This document shows, in pieces, positions 1 through 6,702 of a stretch of DNA of 15,365 nucleotides. Source of the stretch: an uncultured Deinococcales bacterium. GTDB lineage: Bacteria > Deinococcota > Deinococci > Deinococcales > JAAFIG01. A program made the translations under genes and the position numbers. Location of the stretch: NCBI GenBank assembly GCA_964244895.1, contig CAXTKV010000038.1, positions 16,324 through 31,688 on the forward strand, given 5' to 3'. The notes beneath the pieces are model-generated. The model had not been told where the DNA came from. It did not search any database and was given only the letters and a program-made list of their open reading frames with translations. Numbering within the stretch: the first letter of the stretch is position 1; each line of letters begins with the position of its first letter.

Positions 1-100
1 ATCGAGTTCCGTGAATACCACCTCACGGGACAGGTTTTGCGAGGGCAAGTCTGTGACCTGCCCTCCCCTCGAGACGTGTCTTTCGCGGGATTATCGAACG

Positions 101-128
101 AAAAGGGCGACCGCATTGGGGTCGCCCT
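101..128 (-). terminator. Intrinsic terminator of the peptidase gene
   Basis: 9-bp stem AGGGCGACC (104-112) / GGTCGCCCT (120-128) with a 7-nt loop. AAAA at 101-104 gives a U-tract on the minus strand. It lies 13 nt after the peptidase stop at 142. Confidence 0.75.
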
Positions 129-141
129 CCTGCGCCATTTT

Positions 142-1998
142 TCAGTGCCGGAAGTCCAGCAAGCCGAGCGCCTTGTCCGCCTGAACCAGACCGAAGCCCG
201 TGTCCACGTCGAAGCCCGGATCGCCCATGTCCAGCGCGGAGAACGCCATCAGGCCGTAAACCACGAAGGGGTTGACCCGAGGGTACTTCTCGAGGATCAG
301 TGCGGCCACGCCAGCCACGTGCGGCGCGGCGGCGGACGTGCCGCAGAAGTTCGGGAAGCCGTTGTTCTCGCGGTCGCGCGAGAGCGCGTAGAAGAAGCTC
401 GTGTCGGCGCAATCCGGCCCGACCAAACGCGGCTGGCCGCGATATTCAAAAGTGCGGTTGCCGTTCAGGTCGCGCAGGATCGGCACGCCGCCGCGGCTGG
501 AATAGGCTTCCTGCACGGGCGGGTTGGTGCCGAAAGCGGGGGTTTTCAGGTAGTACGCCGCGCCGACGCCCGCCGCGCCGCGACTGTTGGCGTGACCGTA
601 GCTGGTGCCGGATTGCGTGTCGTACTCGAGCGGCACGCCGCTGCTGAACTCGACGTACTTGAGGCGCTTCGGGGCTGGCCCGGAGCAGCGCGTGATGGCC
701 AGGTTGATGTTCAGGGGCGCGTTGGTGGTGTTGATGTACTGGACGGCCTCTACAGGGTCTTTGTCGATGTTGTCGTCGGCGGAAACCGTGAATTGCCCGT
801 TGTCCGGGTCGGGTGGGATCAGGTTGCCCGCCTCGTCCAGCACGAACAGATCGAGGTCGCTCCTCGAGCCCCTGCCACCGCGCGTGACGGACGCGAAGGG
901 TTCGTCCCACTGCAAGAAAATCAGGCTGCTGCGTCCGGCGGGAATCTGGATTTTCTGGAGGGCGTCCACGCGGCGTCCGTTGTTGAAGTTGTGCAGTTCG
1001 CAATCGAAGAATTTCTTTTCCGAACCCCGGAACGGAGCCTCGTAGGATTGCTTGGCTTGGTTGCCCGCCGATGAAAAGTACGCCGACCCGCGCTGCACGA
1101 CCTTGTCGGCGGCTTGCGCCACGATGCCGTCCTGGAACATCGGTTCGGCGAAGTAGATCACGTCGTCCACGATCACCTTCGAGCCCGCTTCCTGGAGCTT
1201 GATGATGTTGTTCGCGAAGGCAGCCTCGCCGTTGAAGGCGCTGGCGAAAGCCAGGCTGGCTCCGGGCGCGACATCGTGAACGATTTGCGCCATGGCGCGG
1301 CCCTCGTCGGCTGCGCCCGCGTTGTCGGCGATTTCCTCGATGACTTGCACGCCCTCGGCGGGCAGGTCGCCGTTTCTGATGTCGTCGGCGGCAACGGTTT
1401 TGGGTGCGCCACCGTTGGCGGCGGCATCGTAGGCGTCGAAGGAATCGGAGAGCACGCCGACTTTGACGCCGCGCCCGAGCGTGCCGTACTGCGTCTGAGC
1501 GATATCGGCGCGCATGGCTTTGACGCCCTGCGAAACCACCAATCCCGTGCTGATCGTGTTGCGTTTGACCAGGGACGGTCGCGCGAAGCGCAGTTCCGCG
1601 ATGCTGGCCGCTCGCTTCAGGGCACTGACGGGCAACCTGCCCGAAACCATGCCCTCATAGACGGAGCCGCCGACCAGCCCGATGGCGTTCAGTTTCGAGA
1701 GCAGGACTTCCGGTTGGTCGGACACGGCATCGATCGTGACGGTATTGCCGGTGGGGAAAACTGACTGTGGGTTCTGAGCGCCGCGCACGGATTGTGGCGC
1801 GATGCCCGCGTTCTGCCCGCCGGAGAGGAGCGCCAGGCTGGAGCTGAGCTTCGAGCCTTTCAGTCCGCTGGCGCCGGTCACGGCTTGCGCGCTGATGCCT
1901 TGCGCGGCGTTCGGCAGGTCGTCGGCTTCCGGGACGCTGGTGGTGTTGCAGGCGGTCAGGAGTGCGGCGGCGAAGGCCAGTCGTTTCAATCCCCTCAT
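142..1998 (-). CDS. Lipoprotein S8/S53-like (subtilisin/sedolisin-like) serine peptidase, 618 aa
   Basis: Lipoprotein signal MRGLKRLAFAAALLTA-C. Catalytic-region motifs GVKVGVLSDS, DEGRAMAQIVHDVAPGA, SSAGN and GTSAAAPHVAGVAALIL. GGAGG RBS at 2005-2009 on the minus strand. Confidence 0.9.
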   Translation of the reverse strand: MRGLKRLAFAAALLTACNTTSVPEADDLPNAAQGISAQAVTGASGLKGSKLSSSLALLSGGQNAGIAPQSVRGAQNPQSVFPTGNTVTIDAVSDQPEVLLSKLNAIGLVGGSVYEGMVSGRLPVSALKRAASIAELRFARPSLVKRNTISTGLVVSQGVKAMRADIAQTQYGTLGRGVKVGVLSDSFDAYDAAANGGAPKTVAADDIRNGDLPAEGVQVIEEIADNAGAADEGRAMAQIVHDVAPGASLAFASAFNGEAAFANNIIKLQEAGSKVIVDDVIYFAEPMFQDGIVAQAADKVVQRGSAYFSSAGNQAKQSYEAPFRGSEKKFFDCELHNFNNGRRVDALQKIQIPAGRSSLIFLQWDEPFASVTRGGRGSRSDLDLFVLDEAGNLIPPDPDNGQFTVSADDNIDKDPVEAVQYINTTNAPLNINLAITRCSGPAPKRLKYVEFSSGVPLEYDTQSGTSYGHANSRGAAGVGAAYYLKTPAFGTNPPVQEAYSSRGGVPILRDLNGNRTFEYRGQPRLVGPDCADTSFFYALSRDRENNGFPNFCGTSAAAPHVAGVAALILEKYPRVNPFVVYGLMAFSALDMGDPGFDVDTGFGLVQADKALGLLDFRH

Positions 1999-2224
1999 TA
2001 TCTACCTCCGATGAGAACAGTACCCTTACGAGATGTTGATCTGCAATGGCTTCGGACGCCTTCACCCTCTGGTCGAGCTGAAAATCACCGAACGCTACCG
2101 CCGAGAACACGATTTGCATCGTGCGGTACATCACGGATCGTTCCGACGCTCGAGGCTACGACCGAACCGACCGAAAAAACTGGTGGTCTCGAGCAACTTT
2201 ACCGGCCAAGGCGTTCGCGCAAAC

Positions 2225-2300
2225 CGTTGGGGTACAGAAAGCGTGGCTTCGGCACGCCTGCCACAAAGAGAACCGCGCCCTGTGTCTGAACCCATCAACG
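2225..2300 (+). ncRNA. Candidate structured small RNA (family not recognised)
   Basis: The ends pair (CGTTG-GGGT-A-CAGA ... TCTG-A-ACCC-AT-CAACG) and enclose a GCGTGGC-TTCG-GCACGC hairpin with a C(UUCG)G tetraloop. It is followed immediately by a strong + strand terminator, with no convincing + strand CDS upstream. Confidence 0.3.
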
Positions 2301-2302
2301 AT

Positions 2303-2333
2303 AAAGGGAGCCGTGTCGGCTCCCTTTTCTTTA
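2303..2333 (+). terminator. Intrinsic terminator, possibly bidirectional
   Basis: Perfect 11-bp stem AAAGGGAGCCG (2303-2313), TGT loop, CGGCTCCCTTT (2317-2327), continuing into a T-rich tail (TTTTCTTT). The AAA on the left side gives a short U-tract on the minus strand. Confidence 0.8.
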
Positions 2334-2341
2334 TTCATTTC

Positions 2342-2393
2342 AGCAGTACCGTCCAGTGCGGCAAATCAAAATGTGCGTCCCGGACGGTGTTCT
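2342..2393. repeat. Palindromic REP/MITE-like repeat, copy 1 (degenerate long form)
   Basis: AGCAGTACCGTCCAGTGCGGC-AAATCAAAATGT-GCGTCCCGGACGGTGTTCT. The right arm matches the family consensus. It lies about 38 nt downstream of the 2431 stop. Confidence 0.7.
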
Positions 2394-2430
2394 GTGCGTT
2401 CAAGTCGGTTACTCGAGCGAATCATCAATT

Positions 2431-2922
2431 TTAGTACGGCCCTTCGAGCATCCGGGAAGCCTCGCGGCTCAGGTCGGCCTCGACCATTACGACGTAGCGC
2501 GAACTCCTGCTCGGGGCGGCGATCGCGCCCTGTCGCGCGCCGAAAGCGTGACTGACCAGGCCAATGCCCAAACCGATCACCGCGCCGCCCAGCACGCCCG
2601 GCCAGACGATGGACATCATCGCTTTGAGCGGTTGCGAGACGTTCAGAAGGCCGATGCCGACCGACACGAACAACCCGAGGGTCGCACCGTCGATCAGACC
2701 CTGGAGGGCAGCGCGCCCGGCGTTGGGCCGATCCGTTGACTCGAGAATGTTCGGGGCGTCGTTGACGATTTCCATCTGGTGCAACCGCAGGCCGCTGTGG
2801 TTGAGGTGATCCACGGCCTGTTGCGCTTCTAGCCTGGTCGAAAAGAACGCGATGGCAATTTTTGAACTCGCGCTCTGAAGAGCTCTGGGTTGAGCAGTTT
2901 CTCTGGAAACGGTGGCTTGCAC
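2431..2922 (-). CDS. General stress protein (YflT/17M-like domain) membrane protein, about 163 aa
   Basis: IAFFSTRLEAQQAVDHLNHSGL...MEIV motif, two glycine-rich hydrophobic helices and a C-terminal RYVVMVEADLSREASRML fit the recalled family pattern. GTG at 2922 chosen because GAGGAG lies 6 nt upstream. Alternative starts are 2943 and 2988. Confidence 0.7.
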   Translation of the reverse strand: MQATVSRETAQPRALQSASSKIAIAFFSTRLEAQQAVDHLNHSGLRLHQMEIVNDAPNILESTDRPNAGRAALQGLIDGATLGLFVSVGIGLLNVSQPLKAMMSIVWPGVLGGAVIGLGIGLVSHAFGARQGAIAAPSRSSRYVVMVEADLSREASRMLEGPY

Positions 2923-2997
2923 GGTGCGCTCCTCTCGAGACATCGCTGTTGGGATTCTGAAGTGGCGTGCATCAGTCAGACGGAACACCTGTGCGCG

Positions 2998-3354
2998 TCA
3001 GTGCGATTCATCGGGCGTTGGGCGTTCGCCCTTGCCTTGGGCGGGGCGGGTTCCCATCGCGGGCGGGCCTTGCGTGCGATCCACTTCCTCGTCGCGCGCA
3101 CCCAGGTGGGCGCTGGCGGAATCCTCGAGCTCGGATTCTTTGATGGCCTCCGCCTGATCCACGGACGCGTAGTGCTTGCCATCCACGCGCAAATCATCGT
3201 TTTCGTTCATCTCGTCGAGTCGTTCAGCGTCGAGCAGGCGCTCGCGCTCCGGCGAGGGTTTGCTGGCCAGGTCCGCGTCGGGCATTTTGGTGTCGGCGGC
3301 CCGGATTTCAGTTTCGTGTTCAGTCGTAGCGGATGTCGAACGGTTCGGATTCAT
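2998..3354 (-). CDS. Small acidic hydrophilic, probably disordered, hypothetical protein, 118 aa
   Basis: ATG at 3354 preceded by GGAGGT. Rich in D/E/R/S/A/P with almost no aromatic residues. Co-oriented with its neighbours. Confidence 0.65.
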   Translation of the reverse strand: MNPNRSTSATTEHETEIRAADTKMPDADLASKPSPERERLLDAERLDEMNENDDLRVDGKHYASVDQAEAIKESELEDSASAHLGARDEEVDRTQGPPAMGTRPAQGKGERPTPDESH

Positions 3355-3411
3355 GGCGGCACCTCCGGGAGTCCGAGCGATGGACTTCCTGAACGCATCT
3401 TCGAGCCCCAA

Positions 3412-3439
3412 GCTGATTCGAGGTTGAGCCGAGCCTGAA
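3412..3439 (-). promoter_or_regulatory. 11-bp-phased TCA direct-repeat array, putative OmpR-family binding site A
   Basis: Minus strand TTCAGGCTCGG-CTCAACCTCGA-ATCAGC, with TGA on the + strand at 3414, 3425 and 3436. It lies 57 nt upstream of the 3354 ATG. Confidence 0.5.
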
Positions 3440-3483
3440 GATCAGAAAACGCCTGAGCGTCGAACTTTTTCGGTGTCGAAAAT

Positions 3484-3512
3484 AAAGAACACCGTCCAAG
3501 ACGGTGTTCTTT
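3484..3512. repeat. Palindromic REP/MITE-like repeat, copy 2 (collapsed short form)
   Basis: Perfect 13-bp inverted repeat AAAGAACACCGTC-CAA-GACGGTGTTCTTT downstream of the 3548 stop. It may also act as a terminator. Confidence 0.85.
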
Positions 3513-3547
3513 CAGATAAAATGAACCCGTGCTAAACGGTCTCGGGA

Positions 3548-3937
3548 TCAGGCCGAACGGCGAACGGGCGCGCCTTCCATCTCAGTTCGCTCGACCCGTC
3601 TGCGCGTCTCGAGCTTGGCGGTGATGGCCGTCGAGTGCGTGTCCATCTGGGCGCGCAACGCAATTGACGCGGTTGGCTTCCTGCGCGTCCAGTGATGCGC
3701 GGCAATCCGCCGAAGGTATTCGGCATCTCGGGCGTCCAGACGGGCTGCTCGTCCATCACCGAGCAGCGCGCCAACCATCGCGAGCGCAGTCGGTCCGATC
3801 AATCGCATCGGCAGAGCGTGGACGCCCAGGAACGGCAGGTTCGACGCGCCGGATCGAAGCAGCGCGTCGAGGTTGGCGAGTGCCACCAGCGCGGTCACAA
3901 CGGCGATCAGAACGAAGACAAACCGATGCGCTTTCAC
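3548..3937 (-). CDS. LapA-like (DUF1049-type) two-TM membrane protein with an apparent compensated double frameshift; possibly degenerate
   Basis: GTG at 3937 with GGGAG 6 nt upstream. Hydrophobic N-terminus FVFVLIAVVTALVALANLDAL, then LPFLG..ALPMRLI. The family-like segment RASLDAQEANRVN lies in a shifted frame at 3701-3663. Confidence 0.55.
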   Translation of the reverse strand: MKAHRFVFVLIAVVTALVALANLDALLRSGASNLPFLGVHALPMRLIGPTALAMVGALLGDGRAARLDARDAEYLRRIAAHHWTRRKPTASIALRAQMDTHSTAITAKLETRRRVERTEMEGAPVRRSA

Positions 3938-3958
3938 GGTCAACTCCCATTCGGGCTG

Positions 3959-4168
3959 TCAGAACCGGCGGACGGGCGGCTGGTCGGGCAACGGCGGGTC
4001 TTCGATGGCTGGCGGTGGAACCTGCGGATCGGGATCGCTCGGGCGCGGCGGGAGCCGGATGGCGGGCTCTTCCGGTGGCGGCGGGATCGGCGGTTCCGGC
4101 ATCGGCGGTAGGTCGGGATTGGTCGGCGTTTCGGTGCTCATCAAAACGATGTCCGTAAAGGGGTTCAC
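3959..4168 (-). CDS. Small proline-rich hypothetical protein (60-69 aa)
   Basis: The GTG start overlaps the upstream TGA (GTGA at 4165-4168), suggesting translational coupling. Alternative ATG at 4141. Sequence PTNPDLPPMPEPPIPPPPEEPAIRLPPRPSDPDPQVPPP. Confidence 0.55.
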   Translation of the reverse strand: MNPFTDIVLMSTETPTNPDLPPMPEPPIPPPPEEPAIRLPPRPSDPDPQVPPPAIEDPPLPDQPPVRRF

Positions 4169-4731
4169 GGCTGCGCCGTTCCCGCGCGCTCGCGCAACCG
4201 ATCAAGTTCGTCCGCGCTGATCGGGTGCAACCGCACGACCTCGAAGCCCTCTTCTTCCAGCACGCTGACGTAAGCCGATTGCAGCACGTTGACGGGAAAG
4301 CCGTGATCGATCAGCGCGATCGTCTGCGCCCCGATCTTTCGGGCGTAAGGCCCGAGCTGGGCGCGGTCGTAATCGGGCTGCCAGTCACCTTTGGCTTCGA
4401 TCCCAGCGTCCTGAAAGTAGGCCAGCAACTCTTCCAGGAAGGCGGTCGTGCGCGCCGTCTGTTCCAGGGTATCCGCAGGGGCGGGAGCCTGATCGCTGAC
4501 GGTTTCCTGCTCGGTGGATGGCCTGACCTGCGGTTCGAGCTTCAGGCTGGGTTGAGCCTGAAGCTGCACCGCGTTCGAGGTGAACGAACCCGTACCGAGC
4601 GGCGCTCCCGTCTCGAGCACGTGAATGCTGGTCTGGCGCGAACGCACCAGCTCGAGCAACTGGGGCATGTACAGGCCCCAATCGTCTGGGTGGTCAATCA
4701 CCAACAGGATCGGAGAAACCGGACTCATCAA
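4165..4731 (-). CDS. Hypothetical protein with a divergent universal stress protein (USP)-like pattern, 188 aa
   Basis: N-terminal ILLVID strand, helix, IHVLE strand, and C-terminal AGIEA...YARKIGAQTIALIDHG resemble USP topology. ATGA overlap with the upstream gene. The fold assignment is an inference. Confidence 0.55.
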   Translation of the reverse strand: MMSPVSPILLVIDHPDDWGLYMPQLLELVRSRQTSIHVLETGAPLGTGSFTSNAVQLQAQPSLKLEPQVRPSTEQETVSDQAPAPADTLEQTARTTAFLEELLAYFQDAGIEAKGDWQPDYDRAQLGPYARKIGAQTIALIDHGFPVNVLQSAYVSVLEEEGFEVVRLHPISADELDRLRERAGTAQP

Positions 4732-5213
4732 AGTCCTCCCGGATGGCTCAGCGCCAGATTCGATGGTCTCGGGTCGGCGGGGTTGCCGGAAGCGCCGGTC
4801 GCGAACCTGAGCGCGAACTGCTTCAAGGCCCGCTCGAGCGCCCCCTGCAGACCATCGAAAGCCTGCTCGAGCCGGGCCGTAGCGTACAGATTGGCATCCT
4901 TGGGCAACGCGTACAGTTCGACGCTCAGTTGCGACCCAGCATCGGTGCGTTCGATCACGATTTCTGCGCGCAAGTGCAACGCGCCGCTGACGGAATGCCA
5001 GGCGATGCGGTGCGGCGGTTCGCGTAGGGTCGGTTTGACGACGCAGTAACCGTCCTGGTTGAGCTCACGGATCTGGATGGCCAGATGATCTGAATCGAGG
5101 CTTTTGACATCGCTGACGGGCGGAACGAACTTCAGAAAATCGGGACTCGAGGCGTGCATCCACACCCATTGTGGGGTGACGGGTAAGTTGATGCTGGCGT
5201 GTGCTGTGAACAT
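4728..5213 (-). CDS. SRPBCC (START-like, polyketide cyclase/dehydrase) family protein, 161 aa
   Basis: ASINLPVTPQWVWMHASSPDFLKFVPPVSDV, REPPHRIAWHS and a C-terminal helix (ALERALKQFA). GAGGAGG RBS upstream. Confidence 0.75.
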   Translation of the reverse strand: MFTAHASINLPVTPQWVWMHASSPDFLKFVPPVSDVKSLDSDHLAIQIRELNQDGYCVVKPTLREPPHRIAWHSVSGALHLRAEIVIERTDAGSQLSVELYALPKDANLYATARLEQAFDGLQGALERALKQFALRFATGASGNPADPRPSNLALSHPGGL

Positions 5214-5266
5214 GCAAACCTCCTCTCGAGTTTGGAAATCTCTTGCGCTCCGGTTCCTGAAGGACT

Positions 5267-5533
5267 TCAGCGCAACAGGCGCATGCCGCGCAGGATCGCG
5301 ATCAGCAGGGCTGCACCGATCACACCCCAGAGAATGCCGATCACGGAGAACGAACCGGCGGCGGTTGCGCCACCGATGTTGAGCACGTCACCGAACAACC
5401 AACGTCCGAGCGCCGCGCCGAAAATGCCGATCAGAATGTTGGCGATGGGTCCCTGGCTCGCGTCCGTCTTCATGACGACGCTCGCCAGCCAGCCGATGAA
5501 CGCACCGATCAAAATAGCGACGATCCAATCCAT
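5267..5533 (-). CDS. GlsB/YeaQ/YmgE family stress-response membrane protein (transglycosylase-associated protein), 88 aa
   Basis: [22 protein letters not shown]...[17 protein letters not shown]...[16 protein letters not shown] is the classic three-TM family pattern. GGAGG RBS upstream. Confidence 0.93.
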   Translation of the reverse strand: MDWIVAILIGAFIGWLASVVMKTDASQGPIANILIGIFGAALGRWLFGDVLNIGGATAAGSFSVIGILWGVIGAALLIAILRGMRLLR

Positions 5534-5650
5534 GGTGTTCCTCCGTGACCGTGTCTGTCAGTTTGAGAATCCCTGCGCAAAGTTCGTTAGAGCGACACGG
5601 CAAGCGCTCGTTTTTTACGCCGGGAACGATGCTCAGTTTGAGAACCGCGA

Positions 5651-5688
5651 CTGATCACGCCCTGACTTGCGGCTGAGTCCGGGCTGAA
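5651..5688 (-). promoter_or_regulatory. 11-bp-phased TCAG x4 array, putative OmpR-family binding site B
   Basis: CTGA on the + strand at exactly 5651, 5662, 5673 and 5684 (minus strand TTCAGCCCGGA-CTCAGCCGCAA-GTCAGGGCGTG-ATCAG). It lies in the divergent region between the GlsB gene and the response regulator. Confidence 0.6.
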
Positions 5689-5728
5689 TGGGGTTGACGA
5701 GCGCCGATTTCTGCGCGGTCGGTGTTGC

Positions 5729-5787
5729 GAAGACCGTCCCGGACGGCGTCCCTAAGAATGAAAGAGACTGCGTCCAGGACGGTCTTC
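5729..5787. repeat. Palindromic REP/MITE-like repeat, copy 3 (long-loop variant)
   Basis: GAAGACCGTCCCGGACG ... CGTCCAGGACGGTCTTC, 17-bp arms with one mismatch. Each arm contains its own CGTCC-N-GGACG palindrome. Confidence 0.75.
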
Positions 5788-5857
5788 TCTCAATCACCCA
5801 AGCAATTTGCCCGCGCGAGCACGGGATTGTAAAGCCCGTGTCGCGGTATCCCGCATC

Positions 5858-5899
5858 GAAGCCCGACGGAGCCTCGATGAAGCCCGACGGAGCCTCGAT
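5858..5899. repeat. Perfect 21-bp tandem duplication
   Basis: GAAGCCCGACGGAGCCTCGAT twice (5858-5878 and 5879-5899), nested in the inverted repeat GCATCGAAGC (5853-5862) / GCCTCGATGC (5892-5901). Confidence 0.9.
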
Positions 5900-5930
5900 G
5901 CGCGCTCGAGCGTGGGTCGTTTTCGGCGAT

Positions 5931-5956
5931 CTCACATGCGCGTCACACTCGGCTCG
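5931..5956 (+). promoter_or_regulatory. 11-bp-phased TCACA direct repeat upstream of the response regulator, putative autoregulatory site C
   Basis: CTCACATGCGC-GTCACACTCGG-CTCG, with TC at 5932, 5943 and 5954. About 70 nt upstream of the GTG at 6025. Confidence 0.4.
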
Positions 5957-6024
5957 AGTCAACTGAGCAGTTGTGCCTTTGATCGGACTGCGCGATGATG
6001 GTCACACCAAGGAGAAACCCGACC

Positions 6025-6699
6025 GTGCAACGCATTCTCGTAATTGACGACGATCCCAGCATCAGAAGCTTGTTTAAACGCGGCCTCGGCTACGAGGGCT
6101 TCACCGTCGACCTGGCCGAATCCGGCGAGGCTGGCCTCTCGAGCGTGCGAGACAACGTGCCCGACCTGATCATCCTGGACGTGATGATGCCCGGCATCGA
6201 CGGCTTCGAGGTGCTGCGCCGATTGCGCGCGGCGGGCGATACGGTTCCGGTGATCATGCTGACCGCCAAGGACGCCGATGAATCCCAGATCGAAGGTCTG
6301 GACGCGGGCGCGGACGATTACGTCCTCAAACCCGTGACCTTCGACGTGCTGCTGGCCCGCATCCGCGCGGTGCAGCGGCGGCGCGGCGCGAGCGTCTCCA
6401 ACAGGTTGCGCTTCCAGGACGTGACGATGGACGTGGAAGCTTTCAGCGTCAAACGCGGCGAGCGAACGATTCAGCTCACCAACCTGGAATTCAAACTGCT
6501 TCAGGAGTTCATGGAGCAACCCGAACGGGTCATGAACAAACAAAAGCTATTGGATCGCGTCTGGGGTCTGGATTTCTTTGGCGATGACAACGTTGTGGAG
6601 GTCTACGTCAAGCAATTGCGCCAGAAGCTCGAGGCCGAAGGCGAACAACGCCTGATCCACACCATCCGCAACGTCGGCTACGTGCTGCGCGGCGGTTAG
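6025..6699 (+). CDS. OmpR/PhoB-family (MprA-like) DNA-binding response regulator, 224 aa
   Basis: Receiver motifs ILVIDDD, DLIILDVMMPGIDG, IMLTAK and GADDYVLKP. Winged-helix motifs LTNLEFKLL, VEVYVKQLRQKL and IHTIRNVGYVL. AAGGAG at 6009-6014 supports GTG 6025 (the ORF track starts at 5995). Confidence 0.95.
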   Translation: MQRILVIDDDPSIRSLFKRGLGYEGFTVDLAESGEAGLSSVRDNVPDLIILDVMMPGIDGFEVLRRLRAAGDTVPVIMLTAKDADESQIEGLDAGADDYVLKPVTFDVLLARIRAVQRRRGASVSNRLRFQDVTMDVEAFSVKRGERTIQLTNLEFKLLQEFMEQPERVMNKQKLLDRVWGLDFFGDDNVVEVYVKQLRQKLEAEGEQRLIHTIRNVGYVLRGG

Positions 6700-6702
6700 G
6701 AA

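Noticed and set aside
1..100. Possible gene end or start at the left window edge
   Set aside because: Too little sequence to support either strand.
37..1074. 345-aa + strand ORF (also 1114-1764)
   Set aside because: Antisense shadow of the peptidase gene, typical of high-GC codon bias. No recognisable motifs, and it runs through the terminator.
2210..2305. Assignment to a known riboswitch or ribozyme (c-di-GMP-I, c-di-AMP ydaO, HDV-like, pistol)
   Set aside because: Only short fragments resemble these (GCAAACC, TTGGGGT, GAACCC). The required conserved cores and pairings could not be completed by eye.
2011..2434. + strand ORFs in the peptidase upstream region (2011-2289, 2033-2434, 2121-2555)
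   Set aside because: No RBS, atypical codon usage and no motifs. Two of them cross the terminator and the repeat. A short peptide cannot be fully excluded.
3534..3544. AAACGGTCTCG resembling the 5' region of Thermus-type tmRNA
   Set aside because: No GGGG 5' end, tag reading frame or tRNA-like 3' end, and it lies next to a CDS stop.
5633..5998. ORFs 5633-5962 (-), 5688-5966 (+) and 5807-5998 (+) in the divergent intergenic region
   Set aside because: They run through the REP-like element, the tandem duplication and the putative operator arrays, with no RBS or protein motifs.
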